In this document: in pieces, positions 1-14,149 of the stretch
Position numbering within the stretch: position 1 is the stretch's first letter
How the letters are laid out: each line of letters opens with the position of its first letter
The notes under the pieces: generated by a model
What the model was told of the DNA's origin: nothing
Seen by the model: only the letters and a program-made list of their open reading frames with translations
Database searches by the model: none
Program-made: the position numbers and the translations under genes
NCBI GenBank assembly: GCA_000934665.2
Contig: JYFJ02002898.1
Location: 1-49,321, forward strand
Length of the DNA: 49,321 bases
Source: Catajapyx aquilonaris
Lineage: Eukaryota
Reading direction: 5' to 3'

Positions 1-3000
1 GGGTCATGAGGAAGGCTGGGAAAAGGCAATTAAAATCAAGGAAAAAAGAGAAGAAAAAAACAAGGCAAAGTAAGAACAAATAATTCGTCTCAAATCTTTT
101 GTACCAGGCTGAACATTTTGGTAATAAAATTTTTTCGGAAAAAGTCGGAATGGGGTCATGTGGGTCGCCAGAGATCTAGGACAAGTTGTCCATAGTGTCG
201 CGACGAAATCAGGTTTGGAATAATGCTGGATAATCAGAATAGACACGTCGTACATAGAGTCGTACCATTCTTTATGAGCGGAACTGTACATGTTTACTTG
301 GGAAATTGACACTGCTGGGAACACCATTTGAGTCATTGGAAATCAAAACTTTGACTCACGAGTCATTGGCCGCAAGTTGAGTGCTTTCCTCTCTCTGCAT
401 TATTTGACGCAAGTTTTGAGTGCATGGAGATGACAAATGTTGCATTGATTTCACAGACGCAACTCGTTTTGTGTCATTCTGTTACAGTCATAATATGTCA
501 ACAACTCGGAATGCATTCTTCCATGATCATTTACTGCAACGGGTTAGCTTTGCGCACAACTGAAATGAGTAACATGCCACAAACGCCAGGAAATAGTGTA
601 GGGCAGTAACGTTGCAAGGTGCAGTGGCATGTGCACGGGGGGCATGACCCCCCCCCAATGATGACGGTGACAATGACATCGGCCTAATATTAATTTCTAC
701 CCGCTTGGCCAGGACGGCTCCGTTTGAAAAGTGCGGCTTCCTTTGCGTCACGAATTGCGGCGATGCCAGATCCTGATTCTTCGCTGATACGGGGGTGGTG
801 GTGGCTGGGGGCGCAGAACAGTTGGCCGGCTGCCAATTCACTCGCGGACTATTGGTCCAGCGCGTACAATTGGCTCACGACATATATATAATATAGCGGA
901 ACTCTTTGGGACAGACACTCGGGGTACCATGGAGAGGCAATACTTAAAAATAAATGAACCAAGGGTCCACCGCTATCTGGATACTGAAGTGAATGTGTGG
1001 GAGGGCGTTGAAGTCACGGTCATGATTACGATATTAAAGTGATTTGTGATAGGCGGAGGGTGATTGGTGATCGGTGGTGGCTTGCATATACTGGTGTTGT
1101 GATGCTGAAATTTATTTTGTGTAATAATATCATTCTTCCTTGTATTATGAATGTTGAAGTATGAAATATAAGGTATACATGGTCATGGTCTCATTCGTTG
1201 TTAGGTAGTGTAAATGGTACTGATACGAGAATATAGACAGGTGCATGGTAACGGATACTAAATCCTACCGTCAGGCTATGTATCATGACATGAGGTAAGA
1301 ACCCTTGCACAGCATTGGTCAGGTTTCACTAATAATGTTTGAAAGTGATTTCCTGCTAGTGATATCATAAGAAGTGTGTACACTTCATGAGTAAACACTT
1401 TCAGTACTAATGATGTCTGGAAAAAATCTGTAGGACTACTTGTTCAATGAAAGTTTTTTTTAAAAAGTGTAACATATGAAGAATAAAACCATTTGACCAT
1501 TTGACATTATTTATGTCTTTCTTATAGGCTTTTATTGTGTGTGATATTACATGCAGGAGGTCCCATCGTAGACAGTATATGTGAACTGTTTTTAAAACTT
1601 ATATCAAAGTGTGGTTTTACAAGTGCAGTGTGTGTACTAGTTCTGATGTCATTTTTAAAGGACGTCATAACATTTCAAGAAACTAGTCAACATGTGCGTG
1701 ACATGGGGATAACCCAACGTAGAGTGTCAGTGTATAAACTACATGTAATACGGGAGAAGGGGTGTAATTGACTCGAGTTAATTCCAAGATGTTACCCTTA
1801 GTTATGGTAGACATGGGATTATACACACACGGTTATCGAGAGTCACTGTCAGTGGAATGACCATTAGGGAATATCCGTAGTCGCTGGGTGACTTCATGAG
1901 TTGCTCTTCTTGCAAACCATTTAAACACAAGCAGGTTTTTCTGTTCCAGTACTACTATTTAGCGCACTGCATTCCTCCGAAACTCCAGATGTCATGATGT
2001 TGCGACAAACCGGAGATCATTATCTGTATTTGCAGTACATTCATGTACAACCAGAAAGGCCTTAATGGGTTGTAGGAGACAGACACAGTGACCTGCTTGT
2101 CTCCTGAAAGCGGAACAGAGTCTGTTTCCAGTGGACATATGTGCTTGGATGGCCATTTCCTCATTGGCACCCTGTGCAATTGATGATATGAATCAGGTGG
2201 TCCTTCTTCTGGTGCCTGGCCAGCGAGGTCTTGTTTTGATTTGTAGCCCACATTGCGGTAACATCCTTTGTTATCATTCCGCCAACATTTCATATTTTTT
2301 TCTGTATTTAGTGCTCATGGCACATAAGGAATGTGAAACTTCAACAAAAGGCGTGTAGTGGAGTTCATGGTCTTTTGTCGTTTCTCTGCATGAAATTGTT
2401 CCGTTTTTGTACAGAATTCATTCATTGACTTCTTTTTGCGATATCCGATTCTAATGCCAACATAATTATTTTGTCGTCCTTCGTAATGGTTTAGCCATTC
2501 AGGCTTCTGACTCAAACACCGGTGTGTGCCAATGTCATTTAGTGACACTTTTTGACATCATCATATTCGATATGGCCACTGCACATTACAGCCCATTTCA
2601 GAAATATAGTTGGTTGTTGATGGACCAGTAAACTGCAAATGTCGCGATGTCCAAGTCGTCTTGAAACATTCTGAATAATATCAATTATTATCAATGATGT
2701 ATTCAGTACTCACGTTAGAGAGGAAGTGATGGTCATATCATGGAAATGTTTAGTGCATACTTACTCTGAAACTTGGTAATGATTATGCTGTAATTGTGGC
2801 GAGGATTCAGCCGGTTTGTTATTCCAATCCACAGTGCTGGGCATAACCCATACGTAGGAATAATGCAATGCCACAATGCTTCCAAAAGGCCAGAGTGAAG
2901 GGTACACAGGACACCATCCTATACTCCTTATACTTCTGGCGTATTTGTATCCAGGATTTGTCAAATTACTTTTTCATAAATGCTCAAAAATATTCAACAC

Positions 3001-3667
3001 AACTTTATTAAAGAAATCAAGTACGGGTGTTTAAACTGGCTGATTAGTCTCTTTCATGTCAATCACTGTTCAAAGAGTCAGCCTTTTCTGAAATAACATG
3101 ATTTGTTCCCATACATCAGAGGCCTCTCTCTTCTGTGGGTTCAGTGGGTTCATTCAAATGTGCTACCACAGCGAATGACAAAGAATGGATGTCAGCCACG
3201 TATGTCTGCAAAGTATAAATCAACCAATTGCTTGAAGGTGCTGATTGAGCACATCGTCATAATATGATTAGGTAGAGGGTAAAGCTAGTATTAACAATGA
3301 AACCGTTCCTATTGTTATACGGTATACTATAGATTAAGGTATGTTGGTGCCCTACATTGAGAAGTTGGTTCAAGACTTTATAATTGAAAACCCTAGTACA
3401 GGAACTTACTAGGATATATGAGCATGCAGTAGTACTTTACTTAAGCAAGTTTTAATTGAAGGCAGCTTGCAGACTTTATAAATTATTACGTAATAATATG
3501 GAATTATGCCATATTTTATTCTTATCGTGTGCGTGTGTGAGTGTGCTACCTAAACAGAGAGAAGAGTAAACATTGCTCTGTTATTCATACAAGTATTTGT
3601 AACATTATCAGGTGCAGGTGGTCACAGCACCCATGTGGCTGCCCAGTCGCACTGGTTGTGCAGTTGG

Positions 3668-3717
3668 CCTATTTGCGCTACATTGAACTGAGCCAAGACT
3701 ATTATGTAGGTGGTGAT
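3668..3717 (-). pseudogene. Orphan GR terminal exon remnant
   Basis: Minus strand reads ITTYIIVLAQFNVAQ, nearly identical in DNA to exon 4 of the GR at 6073-6132 (TTGAACTGAGCCArGACTATTATGTA shared). A 1-nt insertion shifts the stop out of frame, and no matching exon 3 is visible upstream. Confidence 0.75.
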
Positions 3718-4219
3718 TGGGAATGGCAAAAGGTGATTCCCCCGTGTCATGTGTCAAGAGAGTTATATCAAATTCTACTTCTCATGTCATATATTCAAGT
3801 GTGAAGGCTTCGAATCTCGATTTGCTTCAAGAGCTTCACTACATTGCCACTTATCGACAAAAATCATTTCAAAGCGAAATGAACATGGCGTCATTTATAT
3901 GGTATTTTAATGCTAAACATGGGGAGAGAAAGTCAAGGAAGATATAATGAATTATTGATCAGATTTTTTAGGTAAAAGACGGTAGTTTCCCTGTTCACAT
4001 GAATTGGGCTGTTCCCATAACCATAATGACCTTTACTTCAGTGTGGTGGTAGGCGTAGTCGATTCGTAGGCTGGAGTTGCATGCTCGTTTTTTAAGACAG
4101 ACAAACCTTGACCATCCCGCATTTTGGAGGATGAATGGAAATTATGTCCGTATCATATTTTTCTAATATATCACCTTCTTTGTTCTTACTGGCCAAGTAC
4201 ATTTATACTGATTGCATAG

Positions 4220-5509
4220 TTACTTAGGGATACTTTCATGAACATGGATCTTCCTTGTTGTTACTCGGCGGAAATGTTCTCTCTCAGCAATGAAGTGGCA
4301 GGAAGAAATGACCAAACCTGCCCCCAACAGCATCAGTGGTCCCACCATCTCTCTTGAGGTTCATCACCACTTCGTAGATCCTCCAGTCGCACGTGCCACC
4401 AACCAGCAAAAAGGCGTAGTCGTAGTTGTCCATGTAGAGCTGCAGAAATCCAGCGTCCACCTGCCACGTGGTAAACCTCCTGAGATGAGGACGCAACACC
4501 GTTCCGGCGTAGAACTTGCCAACCGCTTCACCGGTCGGGACAGTCGCGTACCGGTTGTACAATTCTGTGGTGCTGCATAGAGACGGAATCAGGATGACCG
4601 ACCTGACCACGAATCCGAACCTATCTTCTTGTCCAGCTCTCTCCACACATTCGGCCACACTATAGTACAGTACATACCAGAGTCCGCCAGATGCTTTTGT
4701 CTCGTGACTAGCTCTTTCTGCCACTGTGAAAAAAAGGTCCACGGCGAAATCGAAATTCAAATTCTGAAACAGGGTCTTAAATATCAGGGAAGAACAAGGC
4801 CGTGTCGTACTCTTCTTGCTTCCGTCTTACCCACTCTGGTGTGGACTTGTAGAACACCACTCCATGCACATGCTTTCCGTTGAGATTTCGGGTGAAGTCC
4901 GGGTACAGCTCGGCAGAGGTAGGATCAAGAATGACCGTCTGGGATGACCCCCTGTCGCAGAAGAAGCAGACTGTATGCAATCGTATCTGGCTGGAATTGT
5001 CAACGGACAGCCCGATCTTGAACAAAATATTATCAGCCTGACCGGAGTGCTGGTAACCGATGTCCTGGTCTCGTCTGTTCCAAAGCAAATACCAGTCCAC
5101 CGATGTCTTCATGCTTGTTTGGACAGCCAGGTGTTCCATCAGGTTCATGAAGTTGTCTGGCAGGTAGAAGAAAGCGTACACGATGCATCCTGCGTGACTG
5201 ACTGCTGTGGGGTGATGCATCCAGGAGAATAAGTCCTCTAGGCTCGGTGTCGGGAGAGGTTAGCTCTTGTTGGTGGCATGGGTCACTATCCGGGATCGGT
5301 GTTGGGTCAAGAGTTGGGTCAGGGATTCGGTAAGGGCTGGGAAGTCGTGTGCCAGGAGGAATATGCACTCGGGGTATTTCTCCTACACCTTATTGGTGAA
5401 TTGGGCCACCATTTTCATTCCTGCGTCGTTAGCAGTATGCAGCCGTATGCAGCACTATGGCTGAACGGACCACCGTCACCAAGAGGAGTAACTTCAGAAA
5501 TACAAGCAT
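4220..5509 (-). pseudogene. Divergent intronless ionotropic receptor (IR, iGluR-like) pseudogene with internal deletion
   Basis: Joining frames gives a signal peptide MLVFLKLLLLVTVVRSA (ATG 5509), then LHTVCFFC..ELYPDFTRNLNGKHV, IFKTLFQNLNF (S1 start), YYSVAECVER..VLRPHLRRFTTWQVDAGFLQLYM (S2 end) and a last TM EMVGPLMLLGAGLVISSCHFIAE, stop 4220-4222. Lesions: 10-bp duplication 5435-5453, stops at 5383-5385 and 5260-5262, frameshifts near 4785 and 4350; M1-pore-M2 absent. Confidence 0.75.
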
Positions 5510-6072
5510 TGTAAGTGTTGGTGTGAGGCAAATACATGAATCACAATATCTCGGTCGTCTGAGCATTCAGTACTGCACTTCTCGCATGCCGATGTTGTGT
5601 CTCCGTAGCTATGTAATTGCCATAATCAATATGACAGCAATGGCTTGTTGTTTGGCCGGAAATGTGGTAGGAATTAATATTATTCGAAAATGCACCAGAA
5701 TATGGATTGAATGTACCCCTTCGTCTAGAGAGACCGGCGACAGTAGCATGTAAGTGCTACGAATATTTAATGTCATGTAAGCATACCGAAACAATAAGAT
5801 CCGTTGGTGGTAGTTTTCCAATTTATCTAAAATGTGCAGCTTGACTGAATGTATTAATAGAGCTTACATAGCTTGTTATGTATGATGAGACAACAGTTAA
5901 AAAAAAGGTCTGCTTGATTAACACCTTCTGGTCCTTTATTATCCATCATAATCACTGTGAAGCTTATTGACCATGTTAGTCATTCAAGTGTCGTGCAGTG
6001 AAGAGAAACATGCAACAAGTACATGACAGGCAATTATTGATCTGTCCACACTGAGGCTACACTCGGCCTAGC

Positions 6073-7466
6073 CTATTCCGCTCCTTTGAACTGAGCCAGG
6101 ACTATTATGTAAGTTGTGATTGCGGCTGTAATCTAGGTAAAAGTGATGTCACAAGTTGTTATTAAGTTACATATTACTTGAGAACTCACTGAAGTCAGCA
6201 GACTGCGGCTAATGGCGAAAAAGTTGGAGGCTGTGATTTGCAATGGAGGACCACTCATCTCATTCATCAGGGCTTGAATCTGCAATTAGCATTTTCGTGA
6301 AAATACATTATCTCAACTACATATGTCCACCAGGATGTGGGATATGAAATACAGATTTTTGTATCTGAAACTGACCAATTCTTTGCAACCTGCACTCCTC
6401 AGCAGAGGGCGAACCCGAATCAGGTCCTTCAGAGATGCTGAAGCCTGAAATGAATATTATCAGGTCATTCTAAGGTAGATAAATCTGGTGGACTGAAAGT
6501 AGCATCAGATCGGAGTTAAATGTCACTAAAAAATAGAGCACTTACCTCATCGGGAACATCACTGAGTACAATGGTAAAAGCTGCAATTGACAGTCCTTTA
6601 CTGATTACGAGGCATATTAATAGGACGTTGTCCAACGTATTTGTTTCCGTGTAATCGTTCAAAACGACAGCGAATATGATGCTGGTGATAGACACCAACG
6701 AAAGGAAGTACATGACGAGGATGGAGACTCCATAGACTCGGTTAACTTTTTCCACCAGGTCAAAAACGAAGTGAATGTCCTTGGACTTTGCTTTCATCTT
6801 GTTCTCAAACAATGCTTCTCCATCCTGCTTCTGAATCTGCTGGCATGCACCTTTTATATCTCGATTGATCACTTTTAGAATGTTGCAGATGAAGAAGGCC
6901 AGGGTGGCAATCTGATCCAAGACCATGTTGTAGAGGAACTCGGCATGCCATGTGACCAGGATGAACATTATGGCGGAAGGACAACCCACTGCATTTCCGG
7001 CATCGAGAGTGGTGGAAAATGACAGCAAACAAGGCATGATCTGACACAGCACAACCCCTACCACTGCCCGTCTCCTCATTTTGCGCCAGTCGAAAGGGAC
7101 ACGCAAGGTAGCAATGTCACTCATGATTTCCCCAATTTCTCTCAATTTGACCTGCATGATGGCAAAGACCAGCCAAGGTCCGCATCGTGTCATCACATAG
7201 TAGGTGGTGACAGTCCCCTTCAGAGTGGACCCCATCTCCTCCAGTCGTTCCAGCTGAGGTGGCAGGTAGCAAGTCACAACCACGATGTACGACAGCAGTA
7301 ACATGAGGTGGATTACACCTATCAGACGCGTCCACCACTTTTTAGTTCCCATCACACCTGCTACGACACTCAGCAAGGCCACTGGTCGAAAAGCAGTGTG
7401 GAAATGGGAAGTGTCAACCTTGTCCTCAATCCAGCTAGTTTTACGATATGAATTGACTTGAGACAT
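6073..7466 (-). CDS. Gustatory receptor (7tm_7 family), intact, about 379 aa
   Basis: Exons 7466-6546, 6444-6376, 6279-6190, 6132-6073 with three phase-0 GT-AG introns. Multi-TM protein with VNRVYG, SGPPLQITASNFFAISRSLLTS and the GR signature TTYIIVLAQF. An in-frame upstream ATG exists at 7565. AATAAA on minus at 5935-5940. Confidence 0.92.
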
Positions 7467-9479
7467 TGTTTCCGCACACACTACGCATTTGTGTGTGCTT
7501 AGTCTGTACTTGGATGAGCTGTATCGATTAACGGTGTACACCTGCGAGGCAGTTGAAGTATGCATTAATTCTATGCTTCATTTGCTGACAGGTTGAAGGC
7601 ACGCACGGAATGGCATAGATTAATCATATTAAGGAATATTTTCCTATTAATGTGTTGTGAAATGTGTAATGTTTCGCGCTTGAAATGGTCATCCTGTGGG
7701 ATCTGGATGTGATCACCTCTAGGATGGTCTGAATGCCAATGGTGTGGGCCATCTATTTTATGAGTGACAAGAGGCTTGTAGAACAAAAGTGATCTAAGTC
7801 CAAAAATGTCAACCTAGGCAAATTCTCCTGAAAGTTTGGAAAACCCTGGAAAAATATTAGCCAGATTGGAAATCATTACATGACAGTCTTTTTAAAATGT
7901 AAGATTTGAACACGTCTTTTTCTGCACCTTGAAATAATTAATATTTATGGCTCATTGCAATGATTTCGTATCAATGCTCTGCACTGTAAATGTCCTCGAT
8001 CTTGTCGGGTGCTTATTCGATAGTATTTCCAAAGTCTGAAAGGTCTGCACAGCATTTCCCATGCAAACGTAACGAGGCGAGATTCATCTCTTCGATGATT
8101 GGCTTGGTAAGGAAGGCAGCTTTCATGCTGTGGCATGATGAGTCAGATCTATTTTGCAAGTCATTTTCATGTTGCAATTGTTAAGATGTTATAAATTAAT
8201 CTCGTTAAACTGAAACTCTCGGGATCTATAACCTTGCAAGCAAAATAATTGATTCTGTGAACGCTATTTAATGCCAAGAAGTAATCCTTGAACATAGGTA
8301 GGTTGCGACTAGTTCAAAACGACTATTACTTCTGAAGGCTTACTGTGTATCCTGTGTGTATCCCTATGAGTGTTGGTAGGCGCAGGGTGTGGTTTTGGAT
8401 CGGTATGTCATGCTTCAGTCATCAGGTCTATGCATTTGAAAGTGATGCCGCATTATATGTCTGAAATCTTTTCAATGCATGTTTTAAAAATGCAATGGTT
8501 TCCTCGTAATACACTCCATATCGTGCACTACATTATTGTCAAATGATATTAATCTGGTATCAAGGCTGATGAGCTGACAATTTTGAATTATTGTCAGAAT
8601 GTGACAGTGTTTATCGCAGTGTATACGCTGTGCATTTTGTGGACATACTGCTAGTGTCATGAAGTGCTATTGCCCAGAGAGGTCTAATCGGTGTTCTCTT
8701 TCTGGGAGATCTGTAGAAAACAAACAATTAAATTAAATATATGTATGAAATGTATTTGAAAAATGTATCAAGTATGTACAATATGCTGCACCTGATGAAG
8801 TTGTACTATGTATGTAGTGTACAGAACAAAAATCATGCTTGAATGTTTAGTGTGTCTCAAGGAATCGAGAGCCTTCAAAACCCTCCCAGCATACTTGACG
8901 CTTGTTAAAGGGCGTTGAGCATAGTAAATGTGTGAGCTATACTGTTATCATCCTTGAAAATCACATTCCCTTAATTTTGATTATGCCCATGACGTTCAGC
9001 GAACTTGATTTGTGCGTTACGTAACTTAACGCGAAGTTTGTGTTCCACCACTTGCATACGGTGCTTCTTATGGATGTTTTGAATCGTAAGTGCATGCTCC
9101 TCCTCTCGTTTCTCGTTTCTGATCCAGGCAAGGGCAGAAAAACGAGAGGGAGATATAATCGGCCGACAGGATTTTTTAAAATCTTGTTATTCATGGGGTT
9201 GGACATGAACTAAAGCTTCGTTCCCCCTCATGGAATCCTACAATTTCCAAATGCTTGACTAAGTTCTTGAATTTTTGCTTAAATGACTTCGTATTGTGGA
9301 GTCAACTTGCGACACTTACATCGCCTCGGATGATGCCTACTTCACATGATCAGGTCTCACACTTCAATGTTTAAAATATGCTAGTTGCGTGGACGGACCC
9401 ATACCTGCATCTGCCCTATGACGTCTCCCTGTTGAAATCATCTTCTCTTCTGCTGCCCTTCTCGATTTCATCCCAGAAT

Positions 9480-10260
9480 TTCTCGTCGGTTGTTGTGAAG
9501 CACCTTTGCGTAGTGATGATTGACCATATTTCTGGCGTTGGCTGTTATGTTTCATTATCAGTCCATTTCTCACATGCATTCTTGATTCCGAAGATATTCG
9601 AAAATTAATGTGCTTTATAGGGTAGTGTAACATTAATTTTTCTGGAAAAATAACAAGATGTTGCCATTTACCTTTGCTCAAACAAGGTGACTTTCCTCCG
9701 GAGACCAGGAACCTCCCTCCAGGCGGAACCTTCGGTCCACTATCTTCTTAGCGGTCCCGGTCAGTCGTCCCTGTAGTCCGTATGTCTGGATGGCGGCGTT
9801 TAAGACCCGGCAGGTCTCTCTAAGAGACTGGCCTGGCTGCTACCCCCTCTATTTGTACTGTTAACAAGGCATCCTGGGTATGGAGAATATGAGGCATGAC
9901 ACCTGGGGAAAAGGACAGTTGGTTGGTTTCCTCACAGTAATGACAAGGCGGTGTTACACTCACTGCTGACTTATGACTCGTTAATGTAAATACTTGTAAA
10001 TCTGGCTTTCCTGACTCACCAGGCATGCTGAAAAAGATTCAGGACGTAAGCTAGTTTAAAAAGGTCTTGATTTGCACTTACCGGCTGTCTTCCCCATGTA
10101 CAAATTGACTAAAACAGTGCATCATGGGAAACCTTCGGCAGAATTGTTTTCGGTCCATAAAAATATGAACCCACAAATGTACAAGTATATGCCGAATCAT
10201 GCCCTTTACTCGACGCAAGTCACAGTATAATATATTAAACCCTGCGTTGTGTGACATTAC
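9480..10260 (+). repeat. Local duplicated block, paralog at about 31770-32330
   Basis: Colinear shared runs, e.g. GTGTTACACTCACTGCTGACTTATGACTCGTT, GGCTTTCCTGACTCACC.GGCATGCTGAAAA and GAATCATGCCCTT.ACTCGACGCA; this copy has an extra segment of about 200 bp near 9700-9930. Boundaries approximate. Confidence 0.8.
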
Positions 10261-12669
10261 ATTTCAGGTTTTTATCAGACAGTGACCCTAAAACAGTTTA
10301 CTATCATGCATTAAGTAGTGGAGAGACGAGCACCCAAGATCAGTGAGACTCAAACGAAGTTGACCAGTGTCTTCCTGCAGAGAAAGTGCTGGATAAGAGG
10401 GCATATTTACTTGCAGGAAACCCTAAAAGAATATATTTCCAATTATCCTGCTTTTAAATAATAGTTGAGTGGGGAAGACCCGCCCCTGCTGTGGGAACTT
10501 TTTAATGTAAAAAGTGCAAAAATGATTTTACGCTTATGATGGATCTGAATAATAATCGCATGGATACATCAACAGCCAACAAAATGGCATTGATATAGTC
10601 CTTGCAGAAACAATTAAGTCGAATAAAATCACGTAAATTTTAACCCGCTGTTTTCACCTTTTTGTATTATGGAATTACAGAACCATTACGTCTTAGCGGT
10701 AGGCCGGTCGTGGCTTCGTGTGTGCACGTCCTTTGGCTTTCCGTTGTCCTTTCCTCTAGCAAAGAACTCATCCTTGTTCCTGTGAGGTTCGTGGTCTCTG
10801 TTCTCAACTATCCACAATAAATATAAATTAATATGTATATCCTAGTATTTGCGTACATTCTTATTAGGCAACGCAATTGAATTCAGGCAGTGTTGACCTG
10901 CAAGTTCGAAACATAAATACCTCAAGATTATTACCGTGTTAACGATATAATAATGAGAGAAATGGTCCAGAAAATGCGACGTCTGTCATTGAGTTAGATG
11001 CTCTTGGAGAATCTTTTGCACCATATGTACAGCTTTTGGCCTGGGGCACCATTTGCAGTTATTGTCGTACTGACGTGGACACATTAAAAATTTCACAACA
11101 TTGACTTGTTACCCACAAGACTCTCTGAGGATTGTGGCGCGCACCTTCTCATCATGGTCCTATTCGCGGCAGTGTTTTAAGCTGAGATCGCAGGGTAATC
11201 AGGGTTTTTCAAAGAAACGGCGAGCTGTATTTGTGTCGTTCAATAAGTGTCTCCAGTTATTCGCCAGTTGCCCTACTCAGGGAATCATCGTTGTTGTTGG
11301 CCACCACACTGATGCTCTGGAGCTTGAATTTTCGTGGAAATAGGTTGTATAACATTGCGAGGAATGTTTCGTTAATTTGTGTAGCCCACTGCATATGTTA
11401 CGAAATACACACATTATAAATGACAAATATTTAATAATTATTTCTTACGTCCTTATAAAGGAAGGTTTGAACTTAAAAATAATGAAGTAATCCAGTGAAT
11501 GAAACTAAGTAAGCGTATAACATTTAATTTTCCTTGTGGTGGCCTTATGAACCTTTGATAAATGAGTATTATGCACTGCTGCACTGGGTGATTGTGGAGA
11601 TTAGTATCAATAGTATGGGACTCTTTATCGTTTCGCTGTGGTGATTGCCATGAAGGTGTGAGTGGTTCGTGACCAAAGACATCATGTGGTTGCCTTTTTG
11701 AACTCACTGGGGTTGACCAAGCCATAGACTGGACTGAATGTCATTCAAATTAATCTATTTAATGTATGAGGTACAGAGGAGTTAAGAGAGTGTGATCGCT
11801 TGACATAGTTGGCGCCAGATTTCTTCTCATCGCAATTCGGCACTTATCAAAAACATGACGATTATTGGTTTGGATTTGGAGGTCGTAATGTTATGTAATG
11901 TAATGTAATTTTGTCACCTCCTTCAATTCCGCATAATTTATTACGAAGTGTCTCTCAATAACATGGTAAATATCCGTTGAAGGTTTCTCACGAAATTCTT
12001 GCACAAGAAGATGGTGGTTGACCTCAGGAAGAGCAGATCACCATTACAGTGACTGCCATTCTTGGAGCTTGATAAATGCATCACCTTACATCAGTCGTCG
12101 TGGCCTGAATGAGAAGTATTCCCTCTTATGTCAGTGAATCGCTAAAAATCTCTGAAACCTTTCCTATGATTTGCACCGAACTTTCTGAAGATTTTTTTTT
12201 ATCTGTGTGTGATCATGACTTCATTAGACGTCACTTTGATCTCCTCGGAGACTGTCAGATACACCTGATGAGGTTTCAAACGTTTAAAAGGCGAGATTGG
12301 GCGGAGAGACTTACCTGTACCCTATGATGTGTCCTGCTCCCCATCAGTAATTAACCCTAGAATTATACCTGAATTATTGTGACACACCCTCAGTCGGGAT
12401 ATGCATACCTTTTGATTTCAATAATATCACCTTATCAAGTAAGCTGATCATCCACAGAAGCCGAGAGATGACATGGTTTGGAGGTTTTTGGGATCAGGCC
12501 CTTGTCGGTCTCAGGTACTACTTCTGTATGGCTACTCCATCTTCCTCCTCATTGTCGGAGGATGTCGTGAATTCCACCTGCATACTGTTGAATTGCGGTT
12601 CTGTCTCCAAATCCCACAAGATGTCGCACTTCTCGGCCATATTTATTTTCTAACGTTGTCGTTTATGCA

Positions 12670-13020
12670 TCTCCCAGCTGGGTACCTTCATTCATCTTTC
12701 GATTTCTCAACGGCATGCCTGGTCTAGCAAATATTCTTAAATCAATGTGTCTCATAGTAGTGGAATATAATATTTCGCTATGCTTGTTTGTTAAAAATAA
12801 TGAGTTGGACACAGCAAGGAGACTCTTTGGATTGTGCCGAGGTATTTACAGCTTGTTGATTAACCAACTAGTTTTATAAGCGCTTTAATTATTAAAAAGG
12901 AACTTTCTGAGTGAGTACTCGTGGATGACTGTTAATGTCATGGCAGGAAATTGTGATCGTAATTATTGATGAATAAGGGTTCTCATGATGTTAGTGTCCG
13001 ACCTCACGTTGCGTTGTTCC
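12670..13020 (+). repeat. Local duplicated block, paralogs at about 21010-21330 and 32350-32600
   Basis: Shared runs CCCAGCTGGGTAC, GAGTTGG(G)ACACA.CAAG, AACTAGTTTTATA and GGCAGGAAATTGTGAT..TGTCCGACCTCACGTTG; boundaries approximate. Confidence 0.8.
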
Positions 13021-14149
13021 CATGCACGTCACTGTACGTCTTTTCAAGATGGACGACACCATCCGGGGGTGTATGAGTCGTGCATAAGCATTTCTTCAAT
13101 GGTCTGATGCAGGTCGATATGTTGGACCTGGTTGTTGCTCAAGAGCGTCCTAATTAATCATAATGTTCTGCTCTCATAGTTCCCTCCTGCCCAGTGCTGG
13201 TCCTGGCATTGGTCATGTACGGTCATTCATTCTGAGATAATACGTGTGTCAGGTGTGCAATCTTTTTCAAGCGTATAATATAATTACGTACGGTACAGTA
13301 CTTCCTCATACAAAATATTTTCACGCTGTAATAACAAGATATCGCAAACAAATGTACACTTCCAAGAGAAGTGAGCAACTGCTCGGGTAAATTCTGCCCG
13401 AAATTTCAGATTTGGCTGAATCATCATGAAAATTGCACATTTTGCGTCGTGGAGGTGGTTATCAAAATATATTTTTTAGATATGACTACAAATCTTATCT
13501 TGCCATTTGTGTATGTTGTCATGGAAGCTAAAATGGGTCTAAATTATGCTTTTGATTACAACTTCGTCATCCTCGGGTTTTCATTACGCTGTGATACGAT
13601 GAGAGCAAGTCTTTTTATGGCAATTCCAGCTCTTTCACACTCTATCATTACCTGATTGTGTGTGTTATCCACCGTAATTTCTTCATCATTTGACATGGGA
13701 AATTATCAATTAAAAAGAGCAATTCAGGGGCATATTCAATATTAACTTACGCCATGGAGTGGGTTTTTTTTTCTGTGAACACACTCAGAAGAAGTCTCCT
13801 CCTCGTCCTTCTGGTGTATCTGTATTCTGTACGCGGTACTATGTGTTTCTGGTCGGAGCTCCACTCGATGAGTGTTTTCCCTCACGTATGCATTTTCAGC
13901 ACGGTAAAGGGTAAACAGGTGTAGTGTTTTGGAAAATTTTGCTCTCTAGGGGTTCTCCATGAAGATCCTTAATCTGCAAGAATTTGAACAACAGTGATTG
14001 CCGATTACAGCAAATAAAGTTTTAATGGGGTATATTTTATTATCAGAGTATGGCAAACAATTAGCAACAGTGCAACACTGACCATGAATATCATTATTTG
14101 TGCGTGTTAAACTAATATTGTACGTTAAGAATACATAGCAAAGCATGAC

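Noticed and set aside
621..810. CAGTGGC..GGGGGGCATGACCCCCCC, hAT-MITE-like start
   Set aside because: No matching opposite TIR or 8-bp TSD found.
860..3300. TATA-like run, ATG at 929 and scattered splice-like sites suggesting a spliced gene; also DIWSFG (kinase-like) and MSP/CRAL-TRIO-like fragments on minus
   Set aside because: No consistent open model on either strand and no second supporting motif; may be a decayed gene but cannot be called.
12030..12660. Coding-like minus-strand segments (MAEKCDILWDLETE..)
   Set aside because: Multiple stops and no recognisable family.
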